Shown here piece after piece: positions 1 through 14,335 of a stretch of DNA of 64,000 bases. Both the position numbers and the translations under genes were made by a program. Origin of the DNA: Hormiphora californensis. Taxonomy: Eukaryota > Animalia > Ctenophora. The stretch spans positions 2,914,001 to 2,978,000 of the forward strand of contig CM035355.1 of assembly GCA_020137815.1 (NCBI GenBank), given 5' to 3'. Under the pieces are notes generated by a model. That model saw only the letters and a program-made list of their open reading frames with translations. It searched no databases and had not been told where the DNA came from. How positions within the stretch are numbered: position 1 is the stretch's first letter; each line of letters starts with the position of its first letter.

Positions 1-340
1 TTTCCGTATCGATCCACGATTCAGTAGAGGTAGTCAGTAACTACTGAGAGTGTTGGTCTAATGAGGTAGCTACCTACCGGTACGATAGATCCATTGATTG
101 AGCGTGTAGCACAATGACAGGTGAACCACCCAACCACTTGGTTCACCTATCATAGTATTATGTGTGATTCCGCTCTACTGAATTGTGTACATAAAGACTA
201 TTGGCGAATAACGGTAGAAAATCAGTAATCACGTATTGGCACCGATTAGGTGAAATTATAGGTAACCGCCTTTCATTTAATTAACCAACACTCTCAGTAG
301 TTACTGACTACCTCTACTGAATCGTTGATCGATACGGAAA
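1..340. repeat. 56-bp inverted repeat pair (possible MITE or foldback, may extend left of the window)
   Basis: 1-56 (tttccgtatcgatccacgattcagtagaggtagtcagtaactactgagagtgttgg) is the reverse complement of 285-340 with one mismatch. Confidence 0.8.
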
Positions 341-666
341 GACTAATGGAGAATACATAGCGGTAGAGAATCACGTATCGGGACCGATGAGGTCTCATTG
401 TCAATTGGTAACCGCTTTTCATTAGAGGATACCATGGTACGTGATACCATACCGTGATTCTGATTTTTCACTCTCTCAGTTCTCACTCGTACTCGCTCTC
501 TATCTCGGTCTCTATCGCATATGGTCTAGTTGGATACGTGACACGAATCACTATAATTAGGGGATGGTGATTCGGTCTCTCTACAGCCGATACGTGATAC
601 GAAACACTATTAGGGTAGGACGATTCGGTCTATTCCCCGCTTTAGTCTGGTTAGATACGTGATCCC

Positions 667-798
667 TTGCAGCCTTTTATTGCAGCCTTTTATTGCAGCC
701 TTTTTCTGCAGCCTTTTATTGCAGCCTTTTATTGCAGCCTTTTATTGCAGCCTTTTATTGCAGCCTTTTTCTGCAGCCTTTTATTGCAGCCTTTTATT
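667..798. repeat. 13-bp tandem repeat (tgcagccttttat)n, about 10 copies
   Basis: Direct reading. It abuts the 3' side of the RT fragment. Confidence 0.9.
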
Positions 799-799
799 A

Positions 800-1490
800 G
801 GAGCGAAGTTCTACTCACCTGCCCTTCTCTTGAACTTGAGTAAAGTTTCAAGTCGTCCATGTAGAGCCTATGATTAATGTTGATCACTTCTTCTTCCTCT
901 TGTGTGTCTGGTGCGGATATGGTGTAGCCTCTTCCTTCGGCAGTTAGGAGCATGGACAGGGGGATTAGTCCGATAATGAAATGTATCGGGGAGACAGAGT
1001 CTCCTTGGAAGAGGCCTCTCTTGATATGTACTTTGCCTAAGGTGGAGCCGGACTGTACTAAATTGACTCTGCACTGCTGGAACGATGCTTGGAACAGTCT
1101 TATTATCTGGGGGTGTACTTTCAGCATTTCCATTGTCTTCAGGATCCAAGAGTGGGGGATGGAATCGTATGCCTTCTGATAGTCTATGAAGGCCATGTGT
1201 AGCTCAGTTTTGTTGCGCTTGCAGTGGCGAAGGATTAATTTGTCAATCGCTAACTGTTCTTTACACCCTCTGCTCTTCTTGCGGCACCCCTTCTGCTCCT
1301 CAGGGAATAAACTGTTTACATCCAGGTGCTCGTAAATGTCCTCTGATAAGATTCCTGTATACAACTTCCAAAGGTTTGGGAGGCAGGTGATGGGTCTAAA
1401 ATTCCCCGGGTTGGACATTCCCTTCTTGGGGTCTTTGATCAGGAGGAATGTTCTACCTTCAGTCATCCACTCTGGGACCTGACTTGTAGT
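800..1490 (-). mobile_element. Non-LTR retrotransposon reverse transcriptase fragment (R4/Dong/NeSL-like, RLE type), truncated
   Basis: ORF 729..1466 has NFRPITCL, EEQKGCR, AFIDYQKAYDSIPH, RGLFQGDSVSP and LYMDDLKLY, which are LINE RT motifs. It is bounded by the 13-mer repeat and a (CT)n tract. Confidence 0.9.
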
Positions 1491-1522
1491 GAGGCTGTCT
1501 GTCTCTCTCTTTCTCTCTCTCT

Positions 1523-1554
<32 letters not shown>

Positions 1555-4146
1555 CCCCCCTCTCGTTGTGTACTTATAATAGCTGTGGTTTACCTAAGAT
1601 CAATGCCATACAGAGTAACAACAAGAAGCTCTTTCTGCTCTCTACATATAATAACCTCCCTCTATACTGATCCAAGTAGCTCCACTCATGTGTACAAGCT
1701 TACTAGTTTATGCCATGCAACGTTACTTCATCTCTCCAACCTGTTAACCCGCTCAAAGCAGCTCCTCCGTATTTTACTAGACCTTAGCTCATTGTAATGA
1801 AAGCTCCTGACTAGTAATCTCCTGAGTAGTAAAGATACTGTAAGATTGTAAGTGAATTACTATATCATGCTACAATCGCGCTTCAATTCATGTTCCTTTC
1901 GTCAATTTCTGTTTACTCACTGTTGTTTTTACCCAACATGTAACAAGAGATCTCAGAATCTATCAGTATCATCCTCTCAAACCGTTATATTATTGCCCGT
2001 TAGCATTCTCTGTTTCTTTTGTTTCTACATTCTTTGAATGGTTGATATTAAAATTTAGTGTTCCTTTGTTCCCATATTCAGTTGGTTATAAATTCAGTAA
2101 ATTTCTGATTCCATTCATTAGTGCGGTCAAAATTTATTGTGTTTTAGTTAGTACCGATGTGTACGTCTTCTTACGGTAATACTAAAACTATGTGCACTTT
2201 TACTTGAATACTCACCCTGACTCAGTTTCCAATACAATCTACTTTCCCGCGACGCAGTGTATACTGTATATAACATTTCCGGCTAGGGAGATTGCAATCA
2301 CCTAAATCCGCAGTGCAGCAGCTGTAGTGAACAAATGTACTAATTGTACATAAAACACATTTAAATTAATGTGTTTTCTGGGATGTACAAGTATCTTGTA
2401 CACAATTGTACAGCAAGTAGCAATTGTACACATATTGTGGGTGTTACCAGCTGTGTGTATTGTATTGCTTCTTAAAGTGTGAAAAACACACTGCGAGCTG
2501 ATCTAATTGGTTATAGCGTTGCCATGTTATACAGCTGCTGTACTACCGATATTTAGAACATTGTATTTAATTTACCACCGAATAGTTTGATTAACTTTCT
2601 AATCTAAGTTCTGATTCGTGATTTCTAATTTTAGGCGCCTGATTGCACAGAGCGTGCTTTTTGGCACAACTTTTAATTATTGTACCGGCTGATTTCTTTG
2701 TTTTGAGAGAGAAAGAGAGATTGTACATGACTTTGGCAGGCTGGCAAGCACGTGATAGCACGGTATTTGCTTTGACCCGGCCAGTATATCCTGGCCCCAC
2801 CCCTTACATCAAATCAAAGATTTAGACCCCGTGCTTACAAAGTTTCAAAATATTATGATTCACAAAGTACTTGAGCATACTCATAATATTTTGGAAGCAA
2901 TGAATTCGTTTCTTCTCAAAGAAAATGGGATTGGTCTCTAAGAAAGTATGTTGTACCCCTCGACCAGTACATATTATAGCACGAATAGCATAAATTCTTG
3001 AGCATAAATTCAGTATGGTCATTATAGTCATTAGAAAGTACTTTGTGCCATGTTGTGTCTCAAAAAACCAAGGTCTATATTGCATCTATGATATTTCTTA
3101 ATGTTGATCCGGTGACTTTTTTTGACGTTGACAACAAACGTTGTTCTTCGGGTGTGTCGGGTATGATACCCTAATTAAGAACTATCGCGACTTTCGTCAT
3201 TGCGATTTGTGCAACGTTGTGCTTTAGGATGATAGACTAATGGGCCTATAGGGACTTATCGTTGTAGTGATTGAGATCGAGTAGGATCCTAAGAATTGCG
3301 GTGCCTATCGAACATCTTTCTGAACGTAATTTGCCTACTCACATGTTAGCTGTGACTTGATATGTCAGTAATATCCACCGGCCGTTGTTGATATGAAACT
3401 CAGAGAATGAAACTGGGATCACGGAACAAGATCTTTTTTCTCTAGCTGCTAATCTTATATTACTTTCTCTCTCACTCACAGATCTCAATCATGATAAACA
3501 GGGATCATATTATACCAGGACTTAATCAGACCACATAGAATATTATTTGGGCTATTACGTCAGGATTTGTTGAGTAAGAGGTGACTCTCTCTCTCTTATT
3601 CAACAAGTCAGGAAAATATAATCCCCATTTATCTGGTTGACTTGTGCTGCAATAGACGAATATATGTAAGGACGTTATTATATAGTCTGAAATTACATAT
3701 TTTTGTGAATTCTTACCCCTTACCCCGTCACTCCGTCCTCATTTTCTTAGAGGCAATGAGGCAGAGAGAGAAAGCTAGTCAGAGACAGAGGGAAAGAGAG
3801 TCATTCTCATAATATCACCATTTCTCTCTCTCTCTGCCACTAGTTTCTTTTCTTCTCCACCTAAGTAGTGCGAATATAGCCGAGAGTAGAGATGATTTTG
3901 CCTTTTAAAGACCACATTGCAGACTAGAGTGAGAAATATGGAGTGAACGATTGTGAGGGGGAAGAGGGGTATAATAGAGATAGAGGGATATAGAGATAAA
4001 GTGATAGAGAGAGAGGGAACATAGTGTATTCACCGTGACCAATTCTATTGTGTTTTGGTGGCCGGGCAGCAGGGCATTGAACGAGCTTATTATATTTTGT
4101 AAAGTGGGGCACATACACCCACATGCTATGACTATGTTTACCTCCT

Positions 4147-4320
<174 letters not shown>

Positions 4321-4816
4321 CCCTCACTCTTTCCCGTGCTTGTATAGTAATCGTAGCAGCGTTATTATATCCGTGGCCCTCTCTCTTCCCCTATTAAAAA
4401 ATATGCTCACTTGCCTCACCCTCCCTCTGTCTACTTTTGCTTTATCACCTGTAGTTAGCACATTCCTCTATACATTTCCCAGCTAGCTCTCCTATTTTCA
4501 CATTTGTACAGTACTATAATGAGAGTTTATAATACCCCCCCCCCCCCCATTATATATCACTCGTTTTTTCAATATTTATGTCTCGACATTATATAAAGCT
4601 TTAAACAGCTTTGTTCTCTAATCCCTTGCTTCTTATAACAATAGCTTTACTGGGCAATGCAGTTTCCTGTATTACTGTATTACTGTGCAGCCTGAAGGTT
4701 GAAATTTATGTTGGTATTTATTATTTGTCTTAACAAATTTGGGGTGAACGTGGTGTCTATTATAGTGGTTAAACATGCCACACTATTTCACCCTGCCGTC
4801 TGTTATAGGAGAGGAT

Positions 4817-7800
4817 ATGAGCACGAATTACTATGAAGAGAAATTGGAGGAACTAAACAAACGCCACTACGCTCTTATCGAGGAACTGGGGGTGAGGTAA
4901 GATATCTGGTTGAGAATACAAAAATTCAGAACTACACCGATGTAGTCTCTACTCAAGTTTCATACAAATTAAAAGTTCTGATCTTTCTGTCAGGCCAATG
5001 CTCTGACAATGATCTTTAGTCTCTCTCCTCAGTTCTGCTCTTATCAAGTACTGCAGACTAGGAGACCCATCGAGTCTTGTGGGTCTCCTTGTGTCCAATA
5101 TCAATTATTTGTAGGCATACAGATGAGCTGCAGACGTTGCGTAACGATTACGAGGTGTTGTTAGAGTTGGCGGTAAAGGAGAAGGAGAAGGAGATGAGGA
5201 ACACCATTATAGAGGATAGTGAGTTGGAGGATCTAGCAGGTACTAGATATTAACATGTACTACAACTGTTTACTGTGAACATGGGACTTGTCACCCAAAA
5301 TATAATTGTTTTACAGTCGGACCCCGATTTAACGGCACCCTCGGGGGAAAGGGTTTTGTCCGTTAAATCGGGGTGTCCGTTAAATCGGGGTAGAGCATAT
5401 TTGGCCCATAAAACCCTATTTTTGTCCAAAATGCTAAAACACCTCTAAGTGTTAAATGCAATGTCCATGTATTGATTACATGATCATTTCTGATTAGAAA
5501 AAGAAAGTAATTTCAAAATAATTTTAAAATAAGTTATAAAAATTGTCTAAGGTACTGTATCAACCACGTCCGAATCGTTTATCGAATCAGTGCATCTTAT
5601 CGCTAATCGCATGTCTTGCTGCTAATTAGACGAACCGATACGTGATACCATGCCGAATCGGGGCACTTTAAGCGGGGTGAGGAAGAATTTGAATTTCAAA
5701 ATATATTTTTCTCTGAAAATTCATGGGGAGCACCGATCAAAGCATTGACAATCATTCTGTAAAATTTTGCTAAAAAAGTTATGAAAATTTTTCAAAGGTA
5801 TATCAACCACGTCCGAATCGTGTTTCGAATCAGTGCATCTTATCGCACGTCCTGTCGCTAATTAGACGGTTCGAAACGAACCGATACGTGATCCCCATGA
5901 GGCCAGTTTAACAAGCGTCAAAATTGCGATTCGATGGGCCTCATGGGGATCACATATCTGTTCGTTTCGAACTGTCTAATTACCGGCAAGACATGCAACA
6001 AGATGCACCGATTCGAAACACGATTCGGACGTGGTTTTTCAAAAAATTTCAAAAAAAATTCGAAAAAAAAATTTCAAAAAAAAATTTCAAAAAATTTTGG
6101 GGGAAATTTATCCTGCCGTTAAATCGGGGTGCCGCTAAATCGGGGGCCGTTAAATCGGGGTCCGACTGTAATTGGTTAATTAAACTTATACACCATGGCT
6201 CATGGGGCTTAGTCAAGTTTTATTACACCTACAATTGTGGTTTTGCGAATGTGAAACTTACGGAAAAAGTGACAATATCCCCCCACAGGTCAAGTAGAAG
6301 AGTTGTCTGAGGAGCTGAAAAGAAAGAACAGGAGAGTTAACGAGTTGGACTTGATAGTTTCAGCATTGCGAGATGAAACGGCCATCCTGAGACAACAAGC
6401 AACACCCCAGACACCGCCTACCATACTAATTGAGGATCCCGATGGGTAGGAAAAATAACTTTCTTTTTTCTCGGAACAAACTCTTTTTTCTCGGAACAAT
6501 CATGTAGAACTCCCCAGTCTCCTTCCCCTACTAAAACACTCCTATTCAATACTTCAACCTTCTTCGTTGAGGTTGTCTCAACCCGATAACCCCTCACCAT
6601 GTGTGCTCTACACCACAGAGAGCAGAGGTGTCCGGATTGTGACGACAAAGATCGGGTTATTGGTAAGCTACGGGAGGCTTCTAATGGGTCAGGTGATGAT
6701 GATAGTGATTCGTGGAGAGATGAGAGAACTGAGTTGATGCAGCAGGTGGAACATCTCAAGTTGGAGAGGGACGAGGCTAAACAGATGGTATAATAATTGT
6801 CACTTTTAGTATTCATTTCAATTGATGTCTAACTATTAGCTGGGAGAGATATTTCATGGCCCTGCAATTTACTCATTCTTGACCATTACGAAAAATCTGA
6901 TGGTAACCACTAACTAACTTCCCCAGGCCACCGCCCAGACTAAATCGTTCCACAATAGTCTATGTGAGAAGATGGGGGATGTGAGTAAGACGATATGTGA
7001 GCTGAGGGGTGCTAGGGAGGCGATACGGGGAGATCTGCACAGGATGAGGGTCGAGATGGAGCAATACTCGGCAGAAATCAGTGGAACCCTGTCACTTCGG
7101 GGAGGAGAGGTTGCTCCTTCATCAAACATTTCATCACAAAATCATCATCAGGTATATTATACATGATATATCCTTGCGGTGAGCCTGAGAGTAGTTTTGA
7201 GCGCCTACCTCCAGTTCTAGTTGAACATGTGGTGAGAAAACTACTCTCGGGCACCCCTTTATATTTCGTGCTTGATTCTGGTAATCTGGTAGAAATTAGG
7301 GAACCTGGGAACAATTATAAGTTTAACAGTCGCTGTAGTAATGTGTTTACCAGGTCCAAGGTCCAAACAACGATAACCAGGCCTCTAACGGGACAAATCA
7401 GAACGGATCATCCTCACCTGCTGAACTGTCGATGAAAGACAAGGAGATATTCGAGCTGAAAGTGAAGATGCAAGATCAACAGCAGAAGCTGCTCCACATG
7501 ACAAAGAGGTTGAAGGAGGCGAGGGAGGTACTTCCCGTCACCATACCCAGTATCGAGGGAGTGGAGGGTCCGGAGAGGGAGAAAAAGGTAGGCATTAGAA
7601 TAGATGCCCCTTTTACCTTAACATAGTAACGGCCCCTAGTATCGGCCCTTAGTAACGGCCCCTACGGCCTACTACTAGGGGCCCCTAGTAACGGCCCCTA
7701 GTAACGGCCCCTAGCAACGGCCCTTAGTAACGACTCCCCCTCCAGTTGTTAGAGATGGTCCAACAGAGGGACACAGAGCTGCACCAAGCTCGGAGGATCC

Positions 7801-8218
7801 ACGGTCAGAACCTGGCCACTATCAAGAGGAGACACGACAAGGCACAGGCAGCAATGCAGGATAGGGTGGAGAAACTGGAGATGACAATTCAACAAATACT
7901 TAGCAACAAGTAAGGAATTTACAACTCCTAGATTACCCCCTATCTTTTTAGTTTAGATAAGTTTAAACTAACTGGAAATGTAACAATTTCGTACAAATAT
8001 TGAGTTTATTGTAGCAATGCTTTGCAGGACGGATTCAGCCGAAACAAGGAGGAGAGCTAAAAGTATGATTTTACCTCAGACACCAGGACAACACTCTCCA
8101 CAGGTACAGCTCATCTAGTTACCATAGCAACCACTAAACTAGTATCTAGTTACCATAGCAACCACTAAACTAGCGTATATCTGAAAACAATATAACATTC
8201 CAGTCCTGTAATGACTAG
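4817..8218 (+). CDS. Coiled-coil protein of unknown function, 9 exons, about 414 aa
   Basis: Exons 4817-4896, 5115-5239, 6289-6445, 6619-6787, 6927-7151, 7354-7587, 7746-7909, 8028-8103, 8204-8218. All GT-AG with matching phases. E/K/L/R heptad-rich translation (MSTNYYEEKLEELNKRH...DKEIFELKVKMQDQQQKLL...). Start and last exon are less certain. Confidence 0.8.
5314..6168. mobile_element. Non-autonomous Tc1/mariner-pogo-type element (MITE) in intron 2
   Basis: TIR cagtcggaccccgatttaacgg...ccgttaaatcggggtccgactg, flanked by TA on both sides. Subterminal ccgttaaatcgggg repeats. Confidence 0.85.
7624..7735. repeat. Intronic 13-bp tandem repeat (tagtaacggcccc)n
   Basis: Direct reading, about 7 imperfect copies. 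Confidence 0.8.
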
Positions 8219-8629
8219 TATCTGGCTCTGTACTGGGTAAGAAGAAGCTTTCGCTGAATCTTTGTGAGGGGTTGTATGCTGAACTATTGGGAGCTAACAC
8301 ATTCTTGCTGTCTCTCCACAGACCCTGCTAATGTCACTGTTTACTGAATTCTCTTCACAATTGTTTGCTGTGTCAAATGATGCGAATGTACTTCTCAAAA
8401 TGTATTTGTGGGAAATAAAATGCTTCTCGTACTTTTTAAATCATACCTTTACTCAAGTGTGAGGCTCTGAGATCTCAATTATAAACATGGCTAGTTGTAG
8501 TACTTCACATTTTTAACACCCTGTACATGTTTCAGGATCAGGAGAGTTATATAATTGTCCAGCAGTGCTTCTCTCGAATGAATCAACGTGACACAGCCGC
8601 TGCCCTCTTCAAATATGAGGTTTAGCTTG

Positions 8630-8743
8630 GTAACCATGGCAACCAGAGGATCTCGTCTCCATAGCAACCAGGCCATCTCGTCTCCATAGCAACCAGGCCA
8701 TCTCGTCTCCATAGCAACCAGGCCATCTCGTCTCCATAGCAAC
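8630..8743. repeat. 25-bp tandem repeat, each unit containing an RFX X-box-like 14-mer (GTCTCCATAGCAAC)
   Basis: Units at 8630, 8655, 8680, 8705, 8730. They match the X-box consensus GTHNYY-AT-RRNAAC. Confidence 0.75.
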
Positions 8744-9612
8744 ATTCAATAATGAAGAATCCCATGGAGACAAGTTAAAGGAGATTACAATTTACATGAT
8801 TTGGAGTTATAGAACTTTAGTTTGTGGCAGTTTGCTAGGGACCAGAATTTGCAAAGAAAATGTTAGTTGAGGTTGACTAAGAGTTTGATTGACGCCACAA
8901 TGTGAAGACAATTTATTGCACGGATTTTGGACAAACACTTGAAAAAAACGCTTTTTAATTGATTTTATTCCAAAAAGGAAGATTTGCTTTTTCAATTTGT
9001 ACTTTAACTAGAGAGGCTACCAACATATCAGATTGGTGGTCTTCTCTAACTTTGGCCTTGAAGGGAAGTGGGAGCTGGAAAGTATACCTCTCAGCCATCA
9101 AGGGCCGCCTCACTGACAGTTCCATTTAGAGATTGGGTTGGTGCCGGCCTCCAGACAGATGTACCAGGTGATCGGGATGGGTCAATAGTACATCTGTACC
9201 TGACCCAGATCTGTCATGAGCGGTGATCTGGGGGTCCCAGTGTGACAGCCTTGTCACACAGTCACACACTAATTGATTGTCATGTGTGTAGGGCGCGCAG
9301 ACAACAAACTGAACTAATGACCCCTGTTTTGGCGCGCGTACACAGACCGTGGGAATTTAAATCACGCATTTCTCAAAATCGTGTGATCTGTTTACTTTAA
9401 TTGGCGTGTCTCCAAAACTCATCTTCCACATGATTTGACAATTATGCATTTCTCTTTCTCGCTCATAATGAGCCCCCTGACCGCTATTATAAAAGGTGCT
9501 GCGGCAGGTGCTCGGTCGGTAGTCATCTTTTTAAAGGCCTCATCGTGGGAGATATGTCATACATTAGACTAACAGTGAATACGTTTGAATGGGTACAAGT
9601 ACAGTACGGAAT

Positions 9613-9678
<66 letters not shown>

Positions 9679-10805
9679 ATTTGCTCAGAGGAGAGATCGG
9701 AGAGATCAGAGGGAGGGATTCAGCGAGAGAGAAAAAGAGGGAGGGAGAGAGATCCGTATCCCAGAAATCAGAGAGAGATATTATCGAGAAGATAGAGAGG
9801 AAAGGGGATATTATCTAGATATGAAGATAAATAAGTGAGAATGAAGTCGGTGAGAATGAAGTCGGCGAAGCTTCGCAAAGTATCCCTATATCAAATGATC
9901 TGGATTTATATTGATTCATCCCATTGGGATCAATAACCATGAATACGATGAATTATATGGCTCTACGAGTATGCACAGCTTGTAAAAGTTCATTACTTTT
10001 ATATGCTTTTGACAATCACTGAATAGGAGGACAACGTGCACAGTCTTTATGTACAATATGCAACTTCTACATATATAAAGGAACAATAGGATAATGGGAG
10101 AGAGGGACAGCTTATAGACTATAAAATACTGCATGTTGAGAGATTATATTGATCCTGTCACGCATGATTGAAAATCACGAGCCTAATTTTTCACATGATC
10201 ATCATGTAGACAGTGTGCTTGTAGCCTAACACAATTTATGACTTTATAGCTGCCACTGTGATAATAACAGTCAGTGTTTTTACTGCTAGGCTGTTACCAT
10301 GGCAACATATATTCATAACAGGGCGATGTGGCTGCATTTTTCACATGGCTTTTACGATTTACGCAACGTGCAGAATGCAGATCCAATCAAAGTAAGCTGT
10401 GAAGAGAGAAGTGTATACATTACACATTAAAGGACCATGATGACGACCACATCTAAAGAAATCCTTGCCACAAGAAACACAATAGAATCAGTTTCAGTTC
10501 CAGGAAAACGGCCATGTATGAAACTTCAGACTCGACTGTAATTTTCATTCATTTGGAGTTGAAAAACAAAACCGCCGAGTTATAAAAACAGGAAAAGCAC
10601 CCAAAATAACAGCCAAAAAAGGAACACGCACAATATATAACGCTACACTCTACTAAAGACGTTAGCTGAGCAGATCCATCACCAAAAAGGTGAGATCGTT
10701 ACTTTTCCTAAAGAGAGAGAGCAAAAGAGAGATTGGTACCTAAACTAAGGTGAGAACAAATCTCGATCGATCTGCTCAGCAAACTAAAGATACATAACGT
10801 GTCCA

Positions 10806-11675
10806 CTAAGTATTACTCCGGGGTTGATTATTGTTAGTACAGTCTTTGATCTGTTGAGTGAGATGTGCTATCCTGTGAGAGAGGTGTAAGTCCCGGGGCG
10901 GGGAGGATCGGTATCGTCGGGTGTTGGTTCGACTGCTTCGGAGCATGTTCCGCTCTTGCATCGGTGTGAAGGAATCGATCGTTGCACTTTTGTTTACCAT
11001 CTATAGGATGAAGTAGTATTAGTTGCATGCCATCAACTCTAGAAGTTTCCAAACATTTTATCTAGACTACTATAATAGTATTATTAATACAGCAACTTGA
11101 CTAGCTAATTAGGGAATTAAATCAACTTATAGTTGATAACCATGATGATCATATCCATGCTTTTATCATGACTATAGGTCCCCCAGGGACAGCATAGGCC
11201 ATAGCATAGCTACCACTGGAGGATAATATCAGCCAGATATCGTACTGACCTGTGAACGGCTGGTGGGGTTATTAATTGTCCTAGACACCCATGGGTTCTG
11301 CGCTGACTGCTTTTTAGGGGGGATCCTCGGTTGAAGCTGGTACATTGGCGACCCACTCGGAGATATATTACTGGGCAGACTGATATTCAGCACGCTGACA
11401 GCTGATTGTGCTTGCTGGGGAGGCTCCTTTGGACCCATTGGAGCACTGTAGGGTCTTCTGCCGATACTGCTTCCAGTTGAACTCCCTGATTTGGGCCGAT
11501 AGTGGACGGAGGAGGGCCGCGAGCTGGGTGGTCTACTGAGTGCCGGCTGGGGTATCAAACAGTTCTGAGATCCAAACACAAACCGGGTACGGATGGATTC
11601 AGAATCGGACCAGGCAACAAGGCGAACCCGAGGTGTGAAGGAGGAGGGACAAGGAAGGGCGACTACATCGACCAT
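10806..11675 (-). CDS. Two-exon Ser/Pro/Arg-rich, probably disordered protein, about 206 aa, unknown function
   Basis: ORF 11675-11250 ends at a CAG|GTCAGT donor. The acceptor CTATAG sits directly before 11000 and joins ORF 11000-10806 in phase 0. No recognisable domain. Confidence 0.55.
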
Positions 11676-12028
11676 AGTGTGCAGGAGGTGGGATGAGCTG
11701 CAACGGGCCGGGGGCTGGTAGTTTTAAACCAACTTTAAACTAAACAATATATGTGATGCATATAAAAGAGCGCATAGGAGTGTAAAATTTCCAGAGAGAG
11801 ATAGATAGAGAGAGGTAAGGTGGGATTGAGTGAGATTGAGTGAGAGAGGAGAGAAAAGAGCTCTCACGTGATTAAAGTCAAGAGCGGTTGCTTGTTGTGC
11901 TTGTGGCTCGTATATACAGATTACAGAGAGGGAGAGTGACTGAAAGACTGGTGTTGCAAGATGTGTGTGTTCCTTGACAAGCTTTCGAAATCATTGCAAA
12001 AAGAAGGTTAGAAGGGGAGAGAGGGAGG

Positions 12029-12129
<101 letters not shown>

Positions 12130-12304
12130 AGCTCTCTGTGGTTTATATCAAGTGGGGAATGGACTGGATAGCACACGAAGTGAGAGACACCATTTTCAAT
12201 GGAACTTGTATTTTAAAAACTTGGCACTCATCAGCACGCTCACACATTTGAATTAAAAAGTAAAACACCGCTATCATACAAAAGTATCCGTCTCTCACTC
12301 TCAG

Positions 12305-13319
12305 TTAAACAAGATGAACGAGTGAGTGACACGAACTGGTAACAAGTTGACAAGAGGGGGAGGAGGACCGCTTCACAAAAAGGGGATGCCGTGCTAGTTG
12401 CACAAAGTCCGTTCTCAATAACTCAGTCTTGGTCAGACACCGCTCCACAAAGTCCCGATACAGGCCACTAACGCTAGTTTCTGGTTTCCAGGAGATCGTC
12501 TTAAACGCCAAGATGTCCTCCTTGGTGTTGAATGGTATCTGGCCTGTTCCCAGGATGAATGCCAGGCAGCCGATACTCCAAACTAGTCCGGGGAAGGCAG
12601 AGTAGGATCCAAACTGGTGGTATTCAGGGGGGATGTAGACCTCAGTTCCTTGCATGTTGGTGTAGCGCATGGTGGGCTCCAAGAAGGACGCTGATCCGAA
12701 GTCTATCAACTTGATCTGAGAGAGGAGAGGGACGGGTTAGAGGGGGTGGTTTAGGGTCAAGCAATGTTAGGTACATGTTAGATACTGGTTAAGAACAGGT
12801 TAGGTATAGGTTCTTAGAAGATCTAACATATTTCTAATTTCTAAATAGAGTCCGTACCTGTCGAGTACACGGGTTGTAGAGGATGTTCTCGTCCTTGATG
12901 TCCCTATGATCCACTCCCTCACTAGCAATGTACCCCGCCACTTGCAACAACTGGGCCAGCACGTGCACTGCATCCTGCTCAGGAAGAGGTCCCAGCTTCT
13001 CTGTATAGGTGAAGAGATCCAGGTAGCCAGGGAGGTATTCCATCACCAACACCCACGTGTCTCCCTCGTAGAATATCTCCTCCAGTTGGATGATGTTCGG
13101 GTGACAAAGACCCTCCCAGAGGACCACTTCATCAGGCAGGAAGTTATCACGGGACATGCAGAATGTCTTCCGGCGGCATCTGGAGTCGGGGACAAACTTG
13201 GCAGCGAACCTCTTTCTGTCACAGTGTCTGACACACATGAAGACGTTCCCGTAGCCTCCCTGGCCTATGTGGTTGAGGGTGGTGTAGGAACTCTCGAAAC
13301 TTCCTGATTTCTTCGTCAT
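12305..13319 (-). CDS. PIM-family (CAMK group) Ser/Thr kinase, 2 exons, about 290 aa
   Basis: Exons 13319-12858 and 12715-12305. Motifs GQGGYGNV, AAK, HRDIKDENIL, IKLIDFG, GTEVYIPPE and LVWSIG. The last lacks the subdomain IX Asp, as in PIM kinases. Confidence 0.9.
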
Positions 13320-14281
13320 GATGATAGGACTGAGTTGGTAGTAGGTGGGTTCGCAGTTGTTAGGTAGGTAGTTGGTGGGTTTAGAGTTGTTAGGTAGGTG
13401 ATGGGAGGTAGCAGTAGTAGGAAGGTAGTGAAGTGTAGAGAGGATCTGGATCGTTGAAAACAGTTGTTCAATAAATGTTGGTAAAATGGAAAGGAGGAAA
13501 CGAACTTGATAGAAAATGGTGACGAACTAGTGGTTTTTAAACACCGAATCGTGTAACAAGGGCCTGCAGAAATCGGACCCGGGGTAGGGAAGGTGATTGG
13601 GACTGCAACCCGACCACAGATAGTCCAGACACGTGAGACTATCCAGACACGTGGAAGAGACGGGGGTTCAAAGCCAATTATTGGACCAAGTAACAAGAGA
13701 TGGGGTTCAAATGACACGCTTGTTTCCCACTGCAGAGCTGTAATTGGATCTAGTTTCGATTTACATTGCTTGTGTATTGTGATTGAACTTGTGTGCGATG
13801 GGACTGCAGTGATTGGATACCTTGTTACCGTGATTGGGGGCCTTTTCAGACAAACAAGGTCTGACTTCTGAGTAGTGAATCAGGTGGATCTCCCTGCTGT
13901 ACTACCGCCCCAGACTGTGGGAAACTGGTCTGGTTCCTGACAAAATAATTTTCTTGTGTCTCACGTAACATCATAATATGAGTTGTTTGAACCTCAAGTT
14001 TAGGTGTAGAAAAGAGTAAGAGAAAGTGTTCTCCTCCTAGCAGCCCGAAGAGGAAGAGACAGGTATCATGGCTTGAAGGGAACTGTCCATGAATTATTTT
14101 CCAGGTCGCTTAGGATCATAGAAAATAGAGAAGGGAGAAAGAGAGAGAAGAGGAGAGAAAGAGAGAGAAGGGACGAGAAAGAATCAGATCAATAGTTCAC
14201 TGGAGGAGGTAATTTGTGCGAATGAGAAATAGGATTAAATGCTGCAAAGTCGTTTATTATCCGTAATATGCTGCCCAGAGT

Positions 14282-14335
<54 letters not shown>

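Noticed and set aside
9545-9838. Poly-ER and poly-SL ORFs here and near 4035, 11965, 33112, 46929, 49565, 50667, 60038
   Set aside because: (GA)n/(CT)n microsatellite artefacts.
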